Assembly (NCBI GenBank): GCA_042408215.1
Contig: JAYFMW010000001.1
Coordinates: 1-64,000, forward strand
DNA length: 64,000 nucleotides
Source: Microcoleus sp.
Lineage (GTDB): Bacteria; Cyanobacteriota; Cyanobacteriia; Cyanobacteriales; Microcoleaceae
Direction of reading: 5' to 3'
Part shown: one piece after another, positions 47,923-58,916 of the stretch
How positions within the stretch are numbered: position 1 is the stretch's first letter
Layout of the letters: the number at the start of each line of letters is the position of its first letter
Program-made: the position numbers and the translations under genes
The notes under the pieces: model-generated
The model's input: the letters and a program-made list of their open reading frames with translations, nothing else
What the model was told of the DNA's origin: nothing
Databases searched by the model: none

Positions 47923-49270
47923 TTGACACTCCTCGGCTATCAGGCACGAGGATTCTTGGTTCAGTCAGTCGGCTTGCCCGTTGATGCTACCACCAACGAG
48001 TAGAGGTCGTTCTGTCCCCAAGCGTTAATTTCGGTGTGCCCCACCGTATTTAAATTAATTCCTGTTTGCCTCAATCCTTTCGCCAGAATATTCAGAGCTG
48101 CATTGTGGTCACGATCTAAAACTGTACCACAACTGCAAACATGAGTTCTAGTTGATAGCGTTTTCTTAACACTATTGCCACAGGTTGAGCAATCTTGAGA
48201 AGTATATTGAGGAGCAACAGCAACTACTGTTTTACCGTACACTTTTCCAAAATATTCTAAATAATGATCAAGTCTGCGACCACGCTGCATCACTAATTGA
48301 TTTAGCAAGCTTATGGTTTTTCACCATATTTTTAACCTGAAGGTTTTCGTAGGCTACGAAATCGCTAGATTTCACCACGCACAACGCCGTCTTTATGGCG
48401 AAGTCTTTGCGTTGCCTACTGACTTTCAGGTGTTTCCTTCCTAACTTGTTAATTGCCTTCTTACGATTACTAGAACCTTTCTTTTTTCGGGAAACTCGTT
48501 TCTGTGTTCGCTTTAAAGCTTTTTCGCTTTTACGAAGATGCCGAGGGTTGGGAACCGTGTCACCGTCGCTATCAGTGTAGAAATGGTTTAAACCTACATC
48601 TATTCCAATAGCTTTACCTGTAGGAATAGATTCCTCTGTTCGTTCTACATTGATACAAAACTGAGCATAATACCCATCGGCGCGACGAACTACCCTGATT
48701 CGCTTAATTTCATCAGGTGCGTAGAAGTGCAAATCTCTACTACCGAGTAACCTAAAGGTTCCAGCGGCAAAGCCATCTGTGAAAGTGAGACATCTTTTGT
48801 CTGTAGAAAGCGACCATCCTGATGTCTTATATTCTACGGAACGAGTTTGCTTTTTAAATTGTGGATATCCCTTTTTTCCTGGCTTCTTAGCTTTGCAATT
48901 CGAGAAAAAACGTAGGATAGCAAAAATGGCACGTTCAGCAGAAGCTTGACGTGCCATCGAGTTAAGTTTTCCTGCCCATTCAAACTCTTTGGCCATGATG
49001 GCGCATTGTTTGTATAGATCAACTAACTTAACTACTTGATTGTCGATCCAATATCTAAGAGTTTTGTTTCGGACAAATTGAGCTGTGCGGATCATTTCGT
49101 CTATGACCCGATATTGCTGCGCTTTGCCCTTTAACTTAAACTCTAGTACAATCATGCTATTATTCTCTCGTTTTTGCAGAGCATTGTATTCGCAAAGTGC
49201 ATATATTTAAGAATTGTTTACACTTTATAGAAATTAAAGCCGTCCTAGAAGGACGGGGCTTTAGACCCAT
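47923..49270 (-). mobile_element. tnpB-only IS200/IS605 derivative
   Basis: Hairpins AAGCCGTCCTAGAAGGACGGGGCTT (left) and CCTCGGCTATCAGGCACGAGG (right), then GTCAA on the minus strand. Confidence 0.8.
47961..49155 (-). pseudogene. tnpB: Frameshifted tnpB (break near 48270)
   Basis: IGIDVG and YENL in one frame; TSQDCSTCG and DRDHNAA in another. Confidence 0.88.
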
Positions 49271-49637
49271 GTTTTTCGGTAAATGTTAGAAAAAGTCTTG
49301 CTGTTAATCCACCTTTTCGGGAGGATGTCACTCACAAACTGCTAATTTCGCCCCATCTTCTCAACACTTCGACTTCGCGAGCGTGACCGGTAGACGTTGA
49401 ACAATGAACAAAACCTTAAATATTATTTTTCCGATTTTTTATCAAAGAGGGTTACTCAGCCAGGATTATACCACCCACGCTTGAGTGTTGGCTACCAATG
49501 TTTTTGATCGAAGAGAGTTATCAAAGAGAAAGTTGTGGAGCTGGGCGATCGGCCGACTCCACAGTATGTTATCCAAGAGGTGATCGAAGAGGATGGTTTG
49601 AGCGGATGTTGAGCCATGGCTCCCCCGACAACAATTC

Positions 49638-50549
49638 TCAGATGCCGATCGGCAAAATTAAACCTTCCCTAGCCATTACTGCCTTCGGAAAAGCGATTTG
49701 CACATCCACAGCGATGCGATCGAGAAAATCGTCAGTATGAGCCGGATCGTGGTGGAAAATCACCACACGCTTCACCCGAGCCTCCTTAGCCATTCTCACC
49801 GCTTCCTGCCAAGTCGAGTGTCCCCAACCCACCTTCGGAGACTTGGGGTTGTGATATTCCTCGTCAGTGTACATCGCATCATAAATCAGCACGTCAGCAT
49901 CGAGAGCTAGGTTGTAAACATCCACGTCGAGGCGATCGGGAAAATGCTCCGTATCCGAACAGTAAACAACGGATCTTCCCCGCCAAGTCACCCGATAGCC
50001 CATAGCAGTATTCGGGTGATTCAGAGAACCCGTCCTAATCTCAATATCGTCCAGCATCATCGTCTGGTTGTGATTGAGTTCGTAGAAATTCAAATCTGCC
50101 TGCAAGCCCATCAGCGGCACCGGCGAATTCGAGTGCAGCACCCGTTCGACAAAGTGCCTTTTCATGCAATCTCCATCGGGCGGGATCGCCCCGTAAATAT
50201 CAAAGCTATTGCCGCGGATGAAAGCTGGAGCAAACAGCGGGAACCCCTGGATATGATCCCAGTGATAGTGAGTAAAAAACATATAAGCTTGCACCGGCAT
50301 TTCTTGCAGCAACTGGTCTCCCAGCATCCGCAAGCCAGTTCCGCCATCAAAAATCAGGCGTTTTCCGCCCACTCGCATTTCCAAACAAGAAGTATTTCCG
50401 CCATAGCGAACAGTTTCTACTCCCGGTGTGGGAACACTGCCCCGCACACCCCAGAACTGCACTACAAAATCATCTATACCTTCCATTGCTTCGGAGGGTT
50501 GAGGGCAATCCAGGGGAGTTGCCGCTACAGAGGACAAGCTGATTTCCAT
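49638..50549 (-). CDS. MBL-fold metallo-hydrolase
   Basis: WGVRGS, THYHWDHIQG, SDTEH, WGHS, FHHDP. Confidence 0.9.
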   Translation of the reverse strand: MEISLSSVAATPLDCPQPSEAMEGIDDFVVQFWGVRGSVPTPGVETVRYGGNTSCLEMRVGGKRLIFDGGTGLRMLGDQLLQEMPVQAYMFFTHYHWDHIQGFPLFAPAFIRGNSFDIYGAIPPDGDCMKRHFVERVLHSNSPVPLMGLQADLNFYELNHNQTMMLDDIEIRTGSLNHPNTAMGYRVTWRGRSVVYCSDTEHFPDRLDVDVYNLALDADVLIYDAMYTDEEYHNPKSPKVGWGHSTWQEAVRMAKEARVKRVVIFHHDPAHTDDFLDRIAVDVQIAFPKAVMAREGLILPIGI

Positions 50550-50550
50550 T

Positions 50551-51651
50551 TTAAAATTCAGACTTTAAGGTTCCACATTGTCCGTGATGGCGCAGCAGGT
50601 GGTCGCACAACACTAAAGCTACCATTGCTTCCACCATTGGCACAGCTCTTGGCAAAACGCAAGGGTCGTGCCGTCCTTTTGCAGCCAGCAGCGTTTCTGT
50701 ACCCTCGCGGGTGACAGTGCGCTGGGTCGAGCGAATTGTCGCAGTTGGCTTGAAGGCCACTCGCAGAATAATATTTTCGCCGTTAGCAATGCCACCCTGA
50801 ATTCCGCCAGAGCGATTTGTGACTGTACGAATTACACCATTGTCATCAGTATAGTATTCATCATTGTGTTGGCTACCTGTCATCAGAGTCCCGGCAAAGC
50901 CCGATCCAATTTCAAACCCTTTGCTGGCGGGCAAGGACATCACGGCTTTTGCCAAGTCAGCTTCTAGCTTATCGAATACGGGCATTCCCAGACCTTTGGG
51001 TACGTTGCGGGCGACGCATTCGACAACACCGCCGATCGAATCTCCACTGTCGCGAACTTTTTCGATGAGTTCAATCATTCTTTCGGCGCATTCGGCATCG
51101 GGACAGCGGACTATATTGCTTTCTACTTGTTCTAAGGTAACAGTATCCGGGTCTGCCACACCTTCTAAGTCTTTAATGCGTTTGACATAGCCGACTATTT
51201 CTACTCCGGCTACTTGTTTGAGAATTTTTTTGGCGATCGCCCCTGCTGCTACTCTACCTATTGTCTCCCTTGCCGAACTTCGACCACCGCCTTGCCAGTT
51301 ACGAATTCCGTATTTAGCATCGTAGGTAGCATCGGCGTGGGAAGGGCGGTAGGTAGTAGCCATTTCCCCGTAATCTTGGGGGCGAGTGTCTTGATTGCGG
51401 ACTAAAATGGCGATCGGCGTTCCCAAAGTTTTACCTTCAAACACCCCTGAAAGGATCTCGCAAGTATCAGCCTCTTTGCGAGGAGTCGTAATTTTGCTTT
51501 GGCCAGGGCGGCGGCGATCGAGTTCCGCTTGAATTTCCGCTGCATCAATGGACAGGAGTGGCGGGCAACCGTCAATTACCACTCCCACGCCACCGCCGTG
51601 AGATTCCCCAAATGTCGAGATCCGAAATAAATGCCCAAATGTGTTCCCCAT
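50551..51651 (-). CDS. aroC: Chorismate synthase
   Basis: TFGESHG, RPSHAD, RSSARET, GRHDPC. Confidence 0.97.
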   Translation of the reverse strand: MGNTFGHLFRISTFGESHGGGVGVVIDGCPPLLSIDAAEIQAELDRRRPGQSKITTPRKEADTCEILSGVFEGKTLGTPIAILVRNQDTRPQDYGEMATTYRPSHADATYDAKYGIRNWQGGGRSSARETIGRVAAGAIAKKILKQVAGVEIVGYVKRIKDLEGVADPDTVTLEQVESNIVRCPDAECAERMIELIEKVRDSGDSIGGVVECVARNVPKGLGMPVFDKLEADLAKAVMSLPASKGFEIGSGFAGTLMTGSQHNDEYYTDDNGVIRTVTNRSGGIQGGIANGENIILRVAFKPTATIRSTQRTVTREGTETLLAAKGRHDPCVLPRAVPMVEAMVALVLCDHLLRHHGQCGTLKSEF

Positions 51652-51886
51652 GATGATTTAGCCTGAAACCTAATAATTTTTAGCTTAAATGGAATAGAGA
51701 TTTACTGTATTTGTGAAAAATATACCATTGACCGGCAGGCCAGTGGCGATCGCCCCACAGAATCACTCCCTTCCCGGTATAAAAATATCTCCGAGGGAGA
51801 GGGAGAGGGAGATGGGGCATCGGGCCTTTATAGCATCGGGCATTAATCTGACTAATGACTGCTGACTAATGACTACTGACTAATGA

Positions 51887-52018
51887 CTAATCTTCGTGTT
51901 CTTCAAAAGGATCTCTCAATTCCTTAGAGGGGGGGCCGAAAGCGGTGTAGATGGAGAAGCCGGTCATTGCCACCAGACACAAGCCCAGGGAAATGCCGAG
52001 AACTGCTGCGGGTTCCAT
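51887..52018 (-). CDS. psbN: Photosystem II assembly protein PsbN
   Basis: Hand-translated [43 protein letters not shown]; divergent from psbH. Confidence 0.95.
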   Translation of the reverse strand: MEPAAVLGISLGLCLVAMTGFSIYTAFGPPSKELRDPFEEHED

Positions 52019-52352
52019 AGTTTTGATCAATTATGAGTGCTCAACTCCATAATATTACAAAAAATAACAATTCGTCTCAAAGTCTGCTAATTTTAGGCAC
52101 GGTACGGTATTGCAGTCAGATGTTGAAGTCAGAGGGAAAAAGGAAGACCGAAGGCACTCTAAGAGATTTTGACACGGATACACGGACGATCGATCGAGCT
52201 TCGCTTCGCCCCATGCCCCATGCCCCATGCCCCATGCCCCATGCCCCATCCCGGAGCTTCGCTTCGCCCAATACCCCTGTCGCTAAATTGCGATCGCAAT
52301 TAGCGCTAGAAATATGTCAAACTTCTTTGTAGAGATTCATTGCAGGTGACTT

Positions 52353-52556
52353 ATGGCACAACGGACTTGGTTAGGAGATATACTCAAACCCCTTAACTCA
52401 GAGTACGGCAAGGTGGCTCCGGGTTGGGGCACCACGCTGTTGATGAGTGTTTTCATTGGACTGTTTTTCGTGTTCTTGTTGATTATTTTGCAAATCTACA
52501 ACTCTTCTCTGATTCTGGAGAATGTAGATGTCGATTGGTCGAGCCTGGCCCGCTAA
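52353..52556 (+). CDS. psbH: Photosystem II protein H
   Basis: [18 protein letters not shown]. Confidence 0.97.
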   Translation: MAQRTWLGDILKPLNSEYGKVAPGWGTTLLMSVFIGLFFVFLLIILQIYNSSLILENVDVDWSSLAR

Positions 52557-52707
52557 AAATTGAGCGCGAAAGAGTAAGGCTAAAAGTAAAAATTGAGGGT
52601 AGAGGAGAAAGGGTAAAAGTTAAGTTTCCCCGTTTTCCCTTACCCTTTCAAGTTACTCGCTCCCTAATTAAACGGTAACTAATTAAATAGATTTCAGGAG
52701 AAAAAAA

Positions 52708-52968
52708 ATGAATATTTTTGGCATTGGTTTGCCGGAAATGGCGGTAATTTTTACGATCGCCCTATTGGTATTCGGTCCGAAAAAATTGCCAGAAATCGGT
52801 CGCAGTATGGGGAAGGCAATTCGGGGCTTTCAGGATGCTTCGCGGGATTTTGAGTCGGAGTTTAAGCGGGAAACTAAGCAGTTAGAAGAAGCAGTCGCAA
52901 CTAGCAGCAAGCCGGACAATGAAAAAATCGCGGCCACTACTCCCAAGGAAGATACCGCAAACAGTTAA
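52708..52968 (+). CDS. tatA: Twin-arginine translocase TatA/E
   Basis: GIGLPE, FGPKKLPEIG. Confidence 0.93.
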   Translation: MNIFGIGLPEMAVIFTIALLVFGPKKLPEIGRSMGKAIRGFQDASRDFESEFKRETKQLEEAVATSSKPDNEKIAATTPKEDTANS

Positions 52969-53630
52969 TGAACAACACTCAGAAGTCGGAAACAACACCG
53001 GAGTTAGTGATTCCCCAGTTAATAGTTGGCTTGGGAAATCCCGAACAAAAGTACGATCGCACCCGACACAACATTGGTTTTAATGCTGTCGATGCCTTGG
53101 CTAAATCTTGGCATATTTCATTGTCGGAAAATCGCAAATTTCAAGGCATATTTGGCGAGGGAAATCGGCCGCGGGGACAGAAAATCCGCTTGCTGAAACC
53201 GCTGACTTATATGAATCTTTCCGGGCAAGCAATTCGGGCGGCGACGGATTGGTACAAAATACCTGCGGGGTCGGTGTTAGTAGTATACGATGATATGGAT
53301 TTGCCGATCGGGAAATTGAGAATGCGGCTTTCTGGTTCCGCAGGCGGGCACAATGGGATGAAATCGGCGATCGCTCATTTGGGCACAGACAAATTTCCCC
53401 GCTTGCGAATCGGCATTGGTAAACCTCAAAACGAAGCTTCTAAAAATGACAAAGATACCATTTCCTTCGTTTTAGGAAAATTTTCCTCTGAGGAAACCCA
53501 GTTAGTAGAGAAAGTCCTGAAACTGGTGGTAGACGCTGTGGAACTTAGCCTCCATCAAGGAGTAGAAAAATCCATGAGCCTTTACAATAGTCGCACGATC
53601 GCAGCCACAAACGCGGAAACAAAAGGGTGA
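52968..53630 (+). CDS. pth: Peptidyl-tRNA hydrolase
   Basis: GLGNP, TRHNIGF, KPLTYMNLSG, GGHNG. Confidence 0.96.
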   Translation: MNNTQKSETTPELVIPQLIVGLGNPEQKYDRTRHNIGFNAVDALAKSWHISLSENRKFQGIFGEGNRPRGQKIRLLKPLTYMNLSGQAIRAATDWYKIPAGSVLVVYDDMDLPIGKLRMRLSGSAGGHNGMKSAIAHLGTDKFPRLRIGIGKPQNEASKNDKDTISFVLGKFSSEETQLVEKVLKLVVDAVELSLHQGVEKSMSLYNSRTIAATNAETKG

Positions 53631-53893
53631 GTTCGAGACGTTTACCTGAAACTACTGCATATGTCCGGGTTACTGGTCAATCTTGGCAAAAAGGCACGAT
53701 TGAAGGTGAAGTAACTGCCGGCAATTTTGAGTGGCTGTTTCAGTGGCGTTTTCGGGAAGAAAAAACACTGATACTTGAGCCTTCTCAAGGTAGGGCTTTG
53801 ATTCAGGAACCGCTGCACCGTTTTCTGGAAAAATGGGATTATCAATTAGAACCTGGTGGGGATTATTCGTTTACGGTTCGCGCTGAGTTTTGA
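53627..53893 (+). CDS. DUF3146 family protein
   Basis: LPETTA.VR, GRALI.EPL.RFLE..DY.LEPGGDY. Confidence 0.8.
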   Translation: MSSRRLPETTAYVRVTGQSWQKGTIEGEVTAGNFEWLFQWRFREEKTLILEPSQGRALIQEPLHRFLEKWDYQLEPGGDYSFTVRAEF

Positions 53894-53926
53894 TAATTTG
53901 GTAATTGGTAAATAACAACCAACAAA

Positions 53927-54000
53927 TGACTAATGACTAATGACTAATGACTAATGACTAATGACTAATGACTAATGACTAATGACTAATGACTAATGAC
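53927..54000. repeat. STRR (TGACTAA)n
   Basis: Tandem heptamers between convergent genes. Confidence 0.9.
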
Positions 54001-54804
54001 TGATTTTCGCATTCCCAAAGCCAATACACTCAAAAACAATAGCCCGATCGCCCCAGCTAGCGGATTGCCGTTAACTCCTGTCACCCAGTCGGGTACTGAG
54101 CCAGAATATCGCACTAATTGCCCGATGTTAATCATATAATATCCCCAGACTAAACCTGCATGAAAGCCGATCGACAAACCAAGGCGATTTTGGCGCGATC
54201 GCTTTCCCCCAACCAATATCAAACCCAGCAGCAACAACCCCGGAAACTGCGGCCAAGTCCGCAGCATTGCTGCCACAGGTTTGATAAAATGGGATAGGGC
54301 AAACAAAATGCTATTCGCCCACAGAGATACTCGATCGTTGTAGTCCCGCTGCAACTCGTCGAGCAACCAACCACGGAATACCAACTCCTCCGCAAAACCC
54401 ACTCCAAGGGCGCTTAATAGCCCTTCTGCGATGATTCTCGGCAAATTATCTGAATTTTGCCATGAGACGAAACCAAACAGTCCTTGCACCGCAAATAAGC
54501 TGAAAGTGAGAACAAGCCCGATCGCCAATCCAATTAAAAGCTCTAAACCATTCTGTCTGGTATTGATTAAACCATAGCTTTTCAGCAGTTGGGTTTGTCC
54601 GTAAACCTTTTTTCCCCAAAGTCGCACCAGGAACAGAAACTCTGTAAATAACAACGCCATAGTTAAAATAGTTGCGAGGTTGCTATCTTTAACTAACAAG
54701 TAAATTGGTGCTGCTAGCGGCAACCAGATGGATAATAAAGCTAACAGGAAAATTAGGATGCGCCAAAAAAATGGATAACTGGCTATTTTGGTAAATTTAG
54801 TCAT
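53986..54804 (-). CDS. CPBP/Abi (CAAX) family intramembrane metalloprotease
   Basis: EELVFRG, FALSH, FHAG. Confidence 0.9.
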   Translation of the reverse strand: MTKFTKIASYPFFWRILIFLLALLSIWLPLAAPIYLLVKDSNLATILTMALLFTEFLFLVRLWGKKVYGQTQLLKSYGLINTRQNGLELLIGLAIGLVLTFSLFAVQGLFGFVSWQNSDNLPRIIAEGLLSALGVGFAEELVFRGWLLDELQRDYNDRVSLWANSILFALSHFIKPVAAMLRTWPQFPGLLLLGLILVGGKRSRQNRLGLSIGFHAGLVWGYYMINIGQLVRYSGSVPDWVTGVNGNPLAGAIGLLFLSVLALGMRKSVISH

Positions 54805-54827
54805 TAACCCTCAAAAAACACGAGATT

Positions 54828-55538
54828 TGTTCGGAATTTTTTAACCACAGAGTTCACAGAGTTCACAGAGAGAGATTTGAGACAGATGAATCATTTTGCT
54901 TTTGATCTGTTCGGTTTTTTTTAACCACAGAGTTCACAGAGTTCACAGAGAGAGATTTGAGACAGATGAATCATTTTGCTTTTGATCTGTTCGGTTTTTT
55001 TTAACCACAGAGTTCACAGAGTTCACAGAGAGAGATTTGAGACAGATGAATCATTTTGCTTTCGATCTGTTCGGAATTTTTTAACCACAGAGTTCACAGA
55101 GAGAGATTTGAGACAGATGAATCATTTTGCTTTCGATCTGTTCGGAATTTTTTAACCACAGAGTTCACAGAGTTCACAGAGAGAGATTTGAGACAGATGA
55201 ATCATTTTGCTTTTGATCTGTTCGGAATTTTTTAACCACAGAGTTCACAGAGTTCACAGAGAGAGATTTGAGACAGATGAATCATTTTGCTTTCCATCTG
55301 TTCGGAATTTTTTAACCACAGAGTTCACAGAGTTCACAGAGAGAGATTTGAGACAGATGAATCATTTTGCTTTCGATCTGTTCGGAATTTTTTAACCACA
55401 GAGTTCACAGAGTTCACAGAGAGAGATTTGAGACAGATGAATCATTTTGCTTTCGATCTGTTCGGAATTTTTTAACCACAGAGTTCACAGAGTTCACAGA
55501 GAGAGATTTGAGACAGATGAATCATTTTGCTTTTGATC
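54828..55538. repeat. 80-bp tandem repeat, 9 units (one of 71 bp)
   Basis: Units start near 54828, 54908, 54988, 55068, 55139, 55219, 55299, 55379 and 55459. Confidence 0.95.
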
Positions 55539-55714
55539 GGAATTGATATTAAACTCATGTCTCCTAGCTAAATTCGGTTATAACTGAAATTGAGAGCTGT
55601 GAGCAATGGCTTACTACTACTTAGTGGACTCTGTACGAAGTAGCCAGAAACAGCTAGAATAGCATTGTATTGGCTAAAACTTTAAATAAAACAAAACTAT
55701 AAAATTAGGGAACA

Positions 55715-57163
55715 ATGACTGAAGAATCCGATTTCTCCAATGTCGATCGCGAATTAGATGACACAATTCTAAGCTTCTCAGATATTCAAGCAGAACTCAA
55801 CCTGCGCCACGCTAAAGATGCTTTGCGAGATATCGTAGCAAATCTGGACTTGACTCCCGGCGAGCGAACTGGGCTGGAGCCGGAAATTGGCGGCTTGGAG
55901 AAAATGCTCGACAAGCTAGAGCGCGCTTGCGTGCAAATTGCTGTGTTTGGGATGGTGGGAAGGGGTAAATCTTCGGTTTTGAACGCCCTGTTGGGTCAAA
56001 ATGTGTTTGAAACTGGCCCGACTCATGGGGTGACTCGCACTACAACTATTGGAGAGTGGGATTTCGGTGAGGGGATTGATGATAATTTGGGCGATCGATT
56101 TTCGCCGGTTATTTACCGTTTGTCGCAAGTTGAATTAATCGATACTCCGGGAATAGATGAAGTTGACGGCGAAACTCGCGAAATTTTGGCCCGCCGTGTT
56201 GCTAAACAGGCAGATTTGATTTTGTTTGTGGTGGCTGGCGATATTACGAAGGTGGAATATGAAGCTCTTTCGCAATTGCGGGAAGCCGGAAAACCCATGT
56301 TGTTAGTATTTAATAAAATTGACCAATATCCTGATGCAGACAGATTGGCAATTTATCACAAAATTAGGGACGAGCGAGTGCGAGAGTTGTTATCTCCCGC
56401 TGAAATTGTGATGGCGGCGGCGTCGCCTTTAACGGCGAATGCGGTGCGCCGCCCCGATGGCAGTATGGGCGTGAAAATGACTCGCGGTTTGCCGCAAGTT
56501 GAGGATTTAAAGTTAAAAATTTTGGAGATTTTAGATAGGGAAGGTAAGTCTTTGGTGGCGCTGAATACGATGCTCTGTGCAGGGGATATTAATGAGCAGT
56601 TGGTGCAGCGAAAAATGGAGATTCGAGATGATTCTGCTAACCGCATTATCTGGAATGGGGTAATGACGAAAGCGGTGGCGATCGCACTTAATCCAATTAC
56701 TGTAATTGATATCCTCAGTGGTGCGGTAATTGATGTGGTGATGATCTTAACTCTGTCTAAAGTTTACGGGATTGCGATGACGGAAGCGGGAGCCGTGGAG
56801 TTGTTGCAAAAAATTGCAATTAGTATGGGGGGAATTACGGCTGGGGAATTGGTGGCGAATTTTGGTTTGAGCTCTTTGAAAGGATTGTTGGGTTTGGCGA
56901 CTCCGGCGACGGGGGGTTTGGCTTTGGGCCCTTATTTGTCTGTAGCTGTGACGCAAGCTGCGATCGGAGGGGTTTCTTGCTACGGAATTGGTCAAGTTAC
57001 TAAGGCTTATTTGGCTAATGGTGCTTCTTGGGGAGATGATGGGCCAAAGGCTGTTGTGAGCAAGATTTTGTCTTCTTTGGATGAGGATTCTATTTTAAAT
57101 CGGATTAAGGATGAGTTGCGGGCTAAGTTGGATTTGAGAGGTGGGGAAAAACAGCAGTCTTAG
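55715..57163 (+). CDS. Era-like GTPase with DUF697 domain
   Basis: GMVGRGKSS, DTPG, NKID. Confidence 0.88.
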   Translation: MTEESDFSNVDRELDDTILSFSDIQAELNLRHAKDALRDIVANLDLTPGERTGLEPEIGGLEKMLDKLERACVQIAVFGMVGRGKSSVLNALLGQNVFETGPTHGVTRTTTIGEWDFGEGIDDNLGDRFSPVIYRLSQVELIDTPGIDEVDGETREILARRVAKQADLILFVVAGDITKVEYEALSQLREAGKPMLLVFNKIDQYPDADRLAIYHKIRDERVRELLSPAEIVMAAASPLTANAVRRPDGSMGVKMTRGLPQVEDLKLKILEILDREGKSLVALNTMLCAGDINEQLVQRKMEIRDDSANRIIWNGVMTKAVAIALNPITVIDILSGAVIDVVMILTLSKVYGIAMTEAGAVELLQKIAISMGGITAGELVANFGLSSLKGLLGLATPATGGLALGPYLSVAVTQAAIGGVSCYGIGQVTKAYLANGASWGDDGPKAVVSKILSSLDEDSILNRIKDELRAKLDLRGGEKQQS

Positions 57164-57297
57164 TGAGCATAAGGAAGGCACTCTTAGAGTGATTTTGACA
57201 GGGATACACGGATTAATTATCGAGGGTGAGGCATGAGTCAGGAGGCAGATGTTCAAGTCAGAAGTAAGAGGGAATAAGGAGCAATTATACAATAGGG

Positions 57298-57561
57298 CTA
57301 TTGCAAAACCTCGATCGCCTGAGCATTCATAGCCAGAGGATTTGAACTAGAGATTTGACCTCTGATCCTCACTGGTAAATCAGGGCGTAAGCTGCCGGGA
57401 TCGACCACTTGTCGCTGCTGAGTAATTTGAGTGTCTGAGCGAAGTACGACATGATAGAGAGCTGTCTGAGTCTGCACTGTCAACTGCAAAGGCCAGCTTT
57501 CCATAACCGTCATAATCTTGCCTTTAATTTCCATAGCTTTTTGAGTAGATAATTTCGTCAA
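57298..57561 (-). CDS. Small beta-rich hypothetical protein
   Basis: ORF downstream of the protease gene; start uncertain. Confidence 0.6.
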   Translation of the reverse strand: MTKLSTQKAMEIKGKIMTVMESWPLQLTVQTQTALYHVVLRSDTQITQQRQVVDPGSLRPDLPVRIRGQISSSNPLAMNAQAIEVLQ

Positions 57562-57636
57562 CTTGTTAGTCGCGGTTGGTGAAGGTAAGCTGGTGGATTT
57601 GTCATGGGACTGACTAATACCATAGCTTGCCTTTAA

Positions 57637-57708
57637 TAGACATCTCCAAAAATGAATCTGAAATCCTTGTCCTGCTTAGACTGATCTGGAATTTATGGAG
57701 ATGTCTAA
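57637..57708. mobile_element. Small MITE-like element TAGACATCTCCA...TGGAGATGTCTA
   Basis: 12-bp terminal inverted repeat. Confidence 0.6.
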
Positions 57709-57720
57709 TCAAGTTTGCCA

Positions 57721-58659
57721 CTAGAACCCTAGATTTCGCCAAGCCAGCATATTGTCAAATACTGGTTTAACAATCCTAGTCGCTGAGTTAGGACAGCCAC
57801 CATAAGCATGGATTCCAACCCCATGTCGTTGGCCATTCAACAAACGCCATACAGGGCTACCACTTTGTCCACCATAGGTGTCAACCATGTAATAGATTTT
57901 ACGATCGGTAACTTGAGTGATACGACCAGCATTAAACCATTGGGTGCCAAATGGCTTGTCACCTGGATAGCCAGAATTATTCACTGTTAGGTTGTTTAGT
58001 TCGCTGTCTGATAGATTAGCGAACCCAAAGTAGCCAACCCGATTACCTAGGTCATTATTCGGGAGAATGATCGCTCCATAGTCATAGTTGGGATTGGTGC
58101 TGTCTGTCCAGCCTTTTACACTGCGGAAGGAGGTACCAACCTGTGATCCGAAAGGACGACTGGCACTATCCATACCAGGAATGACTTCAATCTTCTGCGC
58201 CCATCCTCCAGCACCTTTGCTATAAACGCAGTGTCCAGCCGTCATCACGGTTCGTGGGCCAATAAACCATCCTGTTCCAATAAATCTTCCCCCAGGGAAT
58301 GTGATAATGAGTTGACATATCCATCGCCAAGGGATATTAGTAGCAGGTGAAATCCGAACTCGATCGTCTCGACCACAGACTGTTTCTGGTTCTAAAAATT
58401 CCAAAGTGGCCGCATCTTGCAAGGCTTCGAGTTCTTTTGTGATTGGTACTTCCTGTGCTTCAGTGCCTTCTCGTAATGCTCGAGCAGGATCGAAACCAGT
58501 TACTGACTCAATCTCGCCTATACCAGAAGTTCCTGCGAACTCGGCGACAAACAAGTCATCTGCCGTTTCTTGTGACTCAGGCTCACTTGAAACCCCTTGG
58601 TCTCCTTCTGCTTCTGTGTTCTGTATGCTTTCGGATGAGACGCTTTCATGGTTCGACAT
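57721..58659 (-). CDS. Trypsin-like (glutamyl endopeptidase/V8-type) serine protease with acidic propeptide
   Basis: TAGHC, YDYG, GQSGSP; AAGGAG before the ATG. Confidence 0.88.
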   Translation of the reverse strand: MSNHESVSSESIQNTEAEGDQGVSSEPESQETADDLFVAEFAGTSGIGEIESVTGFDPARALREGTEAQEVPITKELEALQDAATLEFLEPETVCGRDDRVRISPATNIPWRWICQLIITFPGGRFIGTGWFIGPRTVMTAGHCVYSKGAGGWAQKIEVIPGMDSASRPFGSQVGTSFRSVKGWTDSTNPNYDYGAIILPNNDLGNRVGYFGFANLSDSELNNLTVNNSGYPGDKPFGTQWFNAGRITQVTDRKIYYMVDTYGGQSGSPVWRLLNGQRHGVGIHAYGGCPNSATRIVKPVFDNMLAWRNLGF

Positions 58660-58874
58660 ATTAATCTCCTTCTGAATCAGAAATTGGGGAGTTGCTAAAT
58701 CAGGAGATGAATTGATGACTGTAAGTCCTAAACTCTCGTTCACAACCAGACAAAATCATCCCTAACTGCTCTAATGCTCCTCAAAATAAACTTGGGAAAC
58801 AATACGATGATCCGCGTATAGGATTATGAAGACATTGCAACAATTGCTTCTTTAAAATTAGATAAATTAATTAT

Positions 58875-58915
58875 AAAAAAAATGGCGTTTGTACTTGACA
58901 AACGCCATTTTTTTT
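58875..58915. terminator. Bidirectional intrinsic terminator
   Basis: A-run, TGGCGTTTGT / ACAAACGCCA stem, T-run. Confidence 0.8.
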
Positions 58916-58916
58916 G

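Noticed and set aside
49944..50714. Long antisense ORFs (also 46374-46979, 42904-43371, 59505-60110)
   Set aside because: Shadow frames of well-supported genes on the opposite strand
54828..55538. Possible CRISPR array
   Set aside because: Units are contiguous and near-identical with no unique spacers, and there are no cas genes in the window
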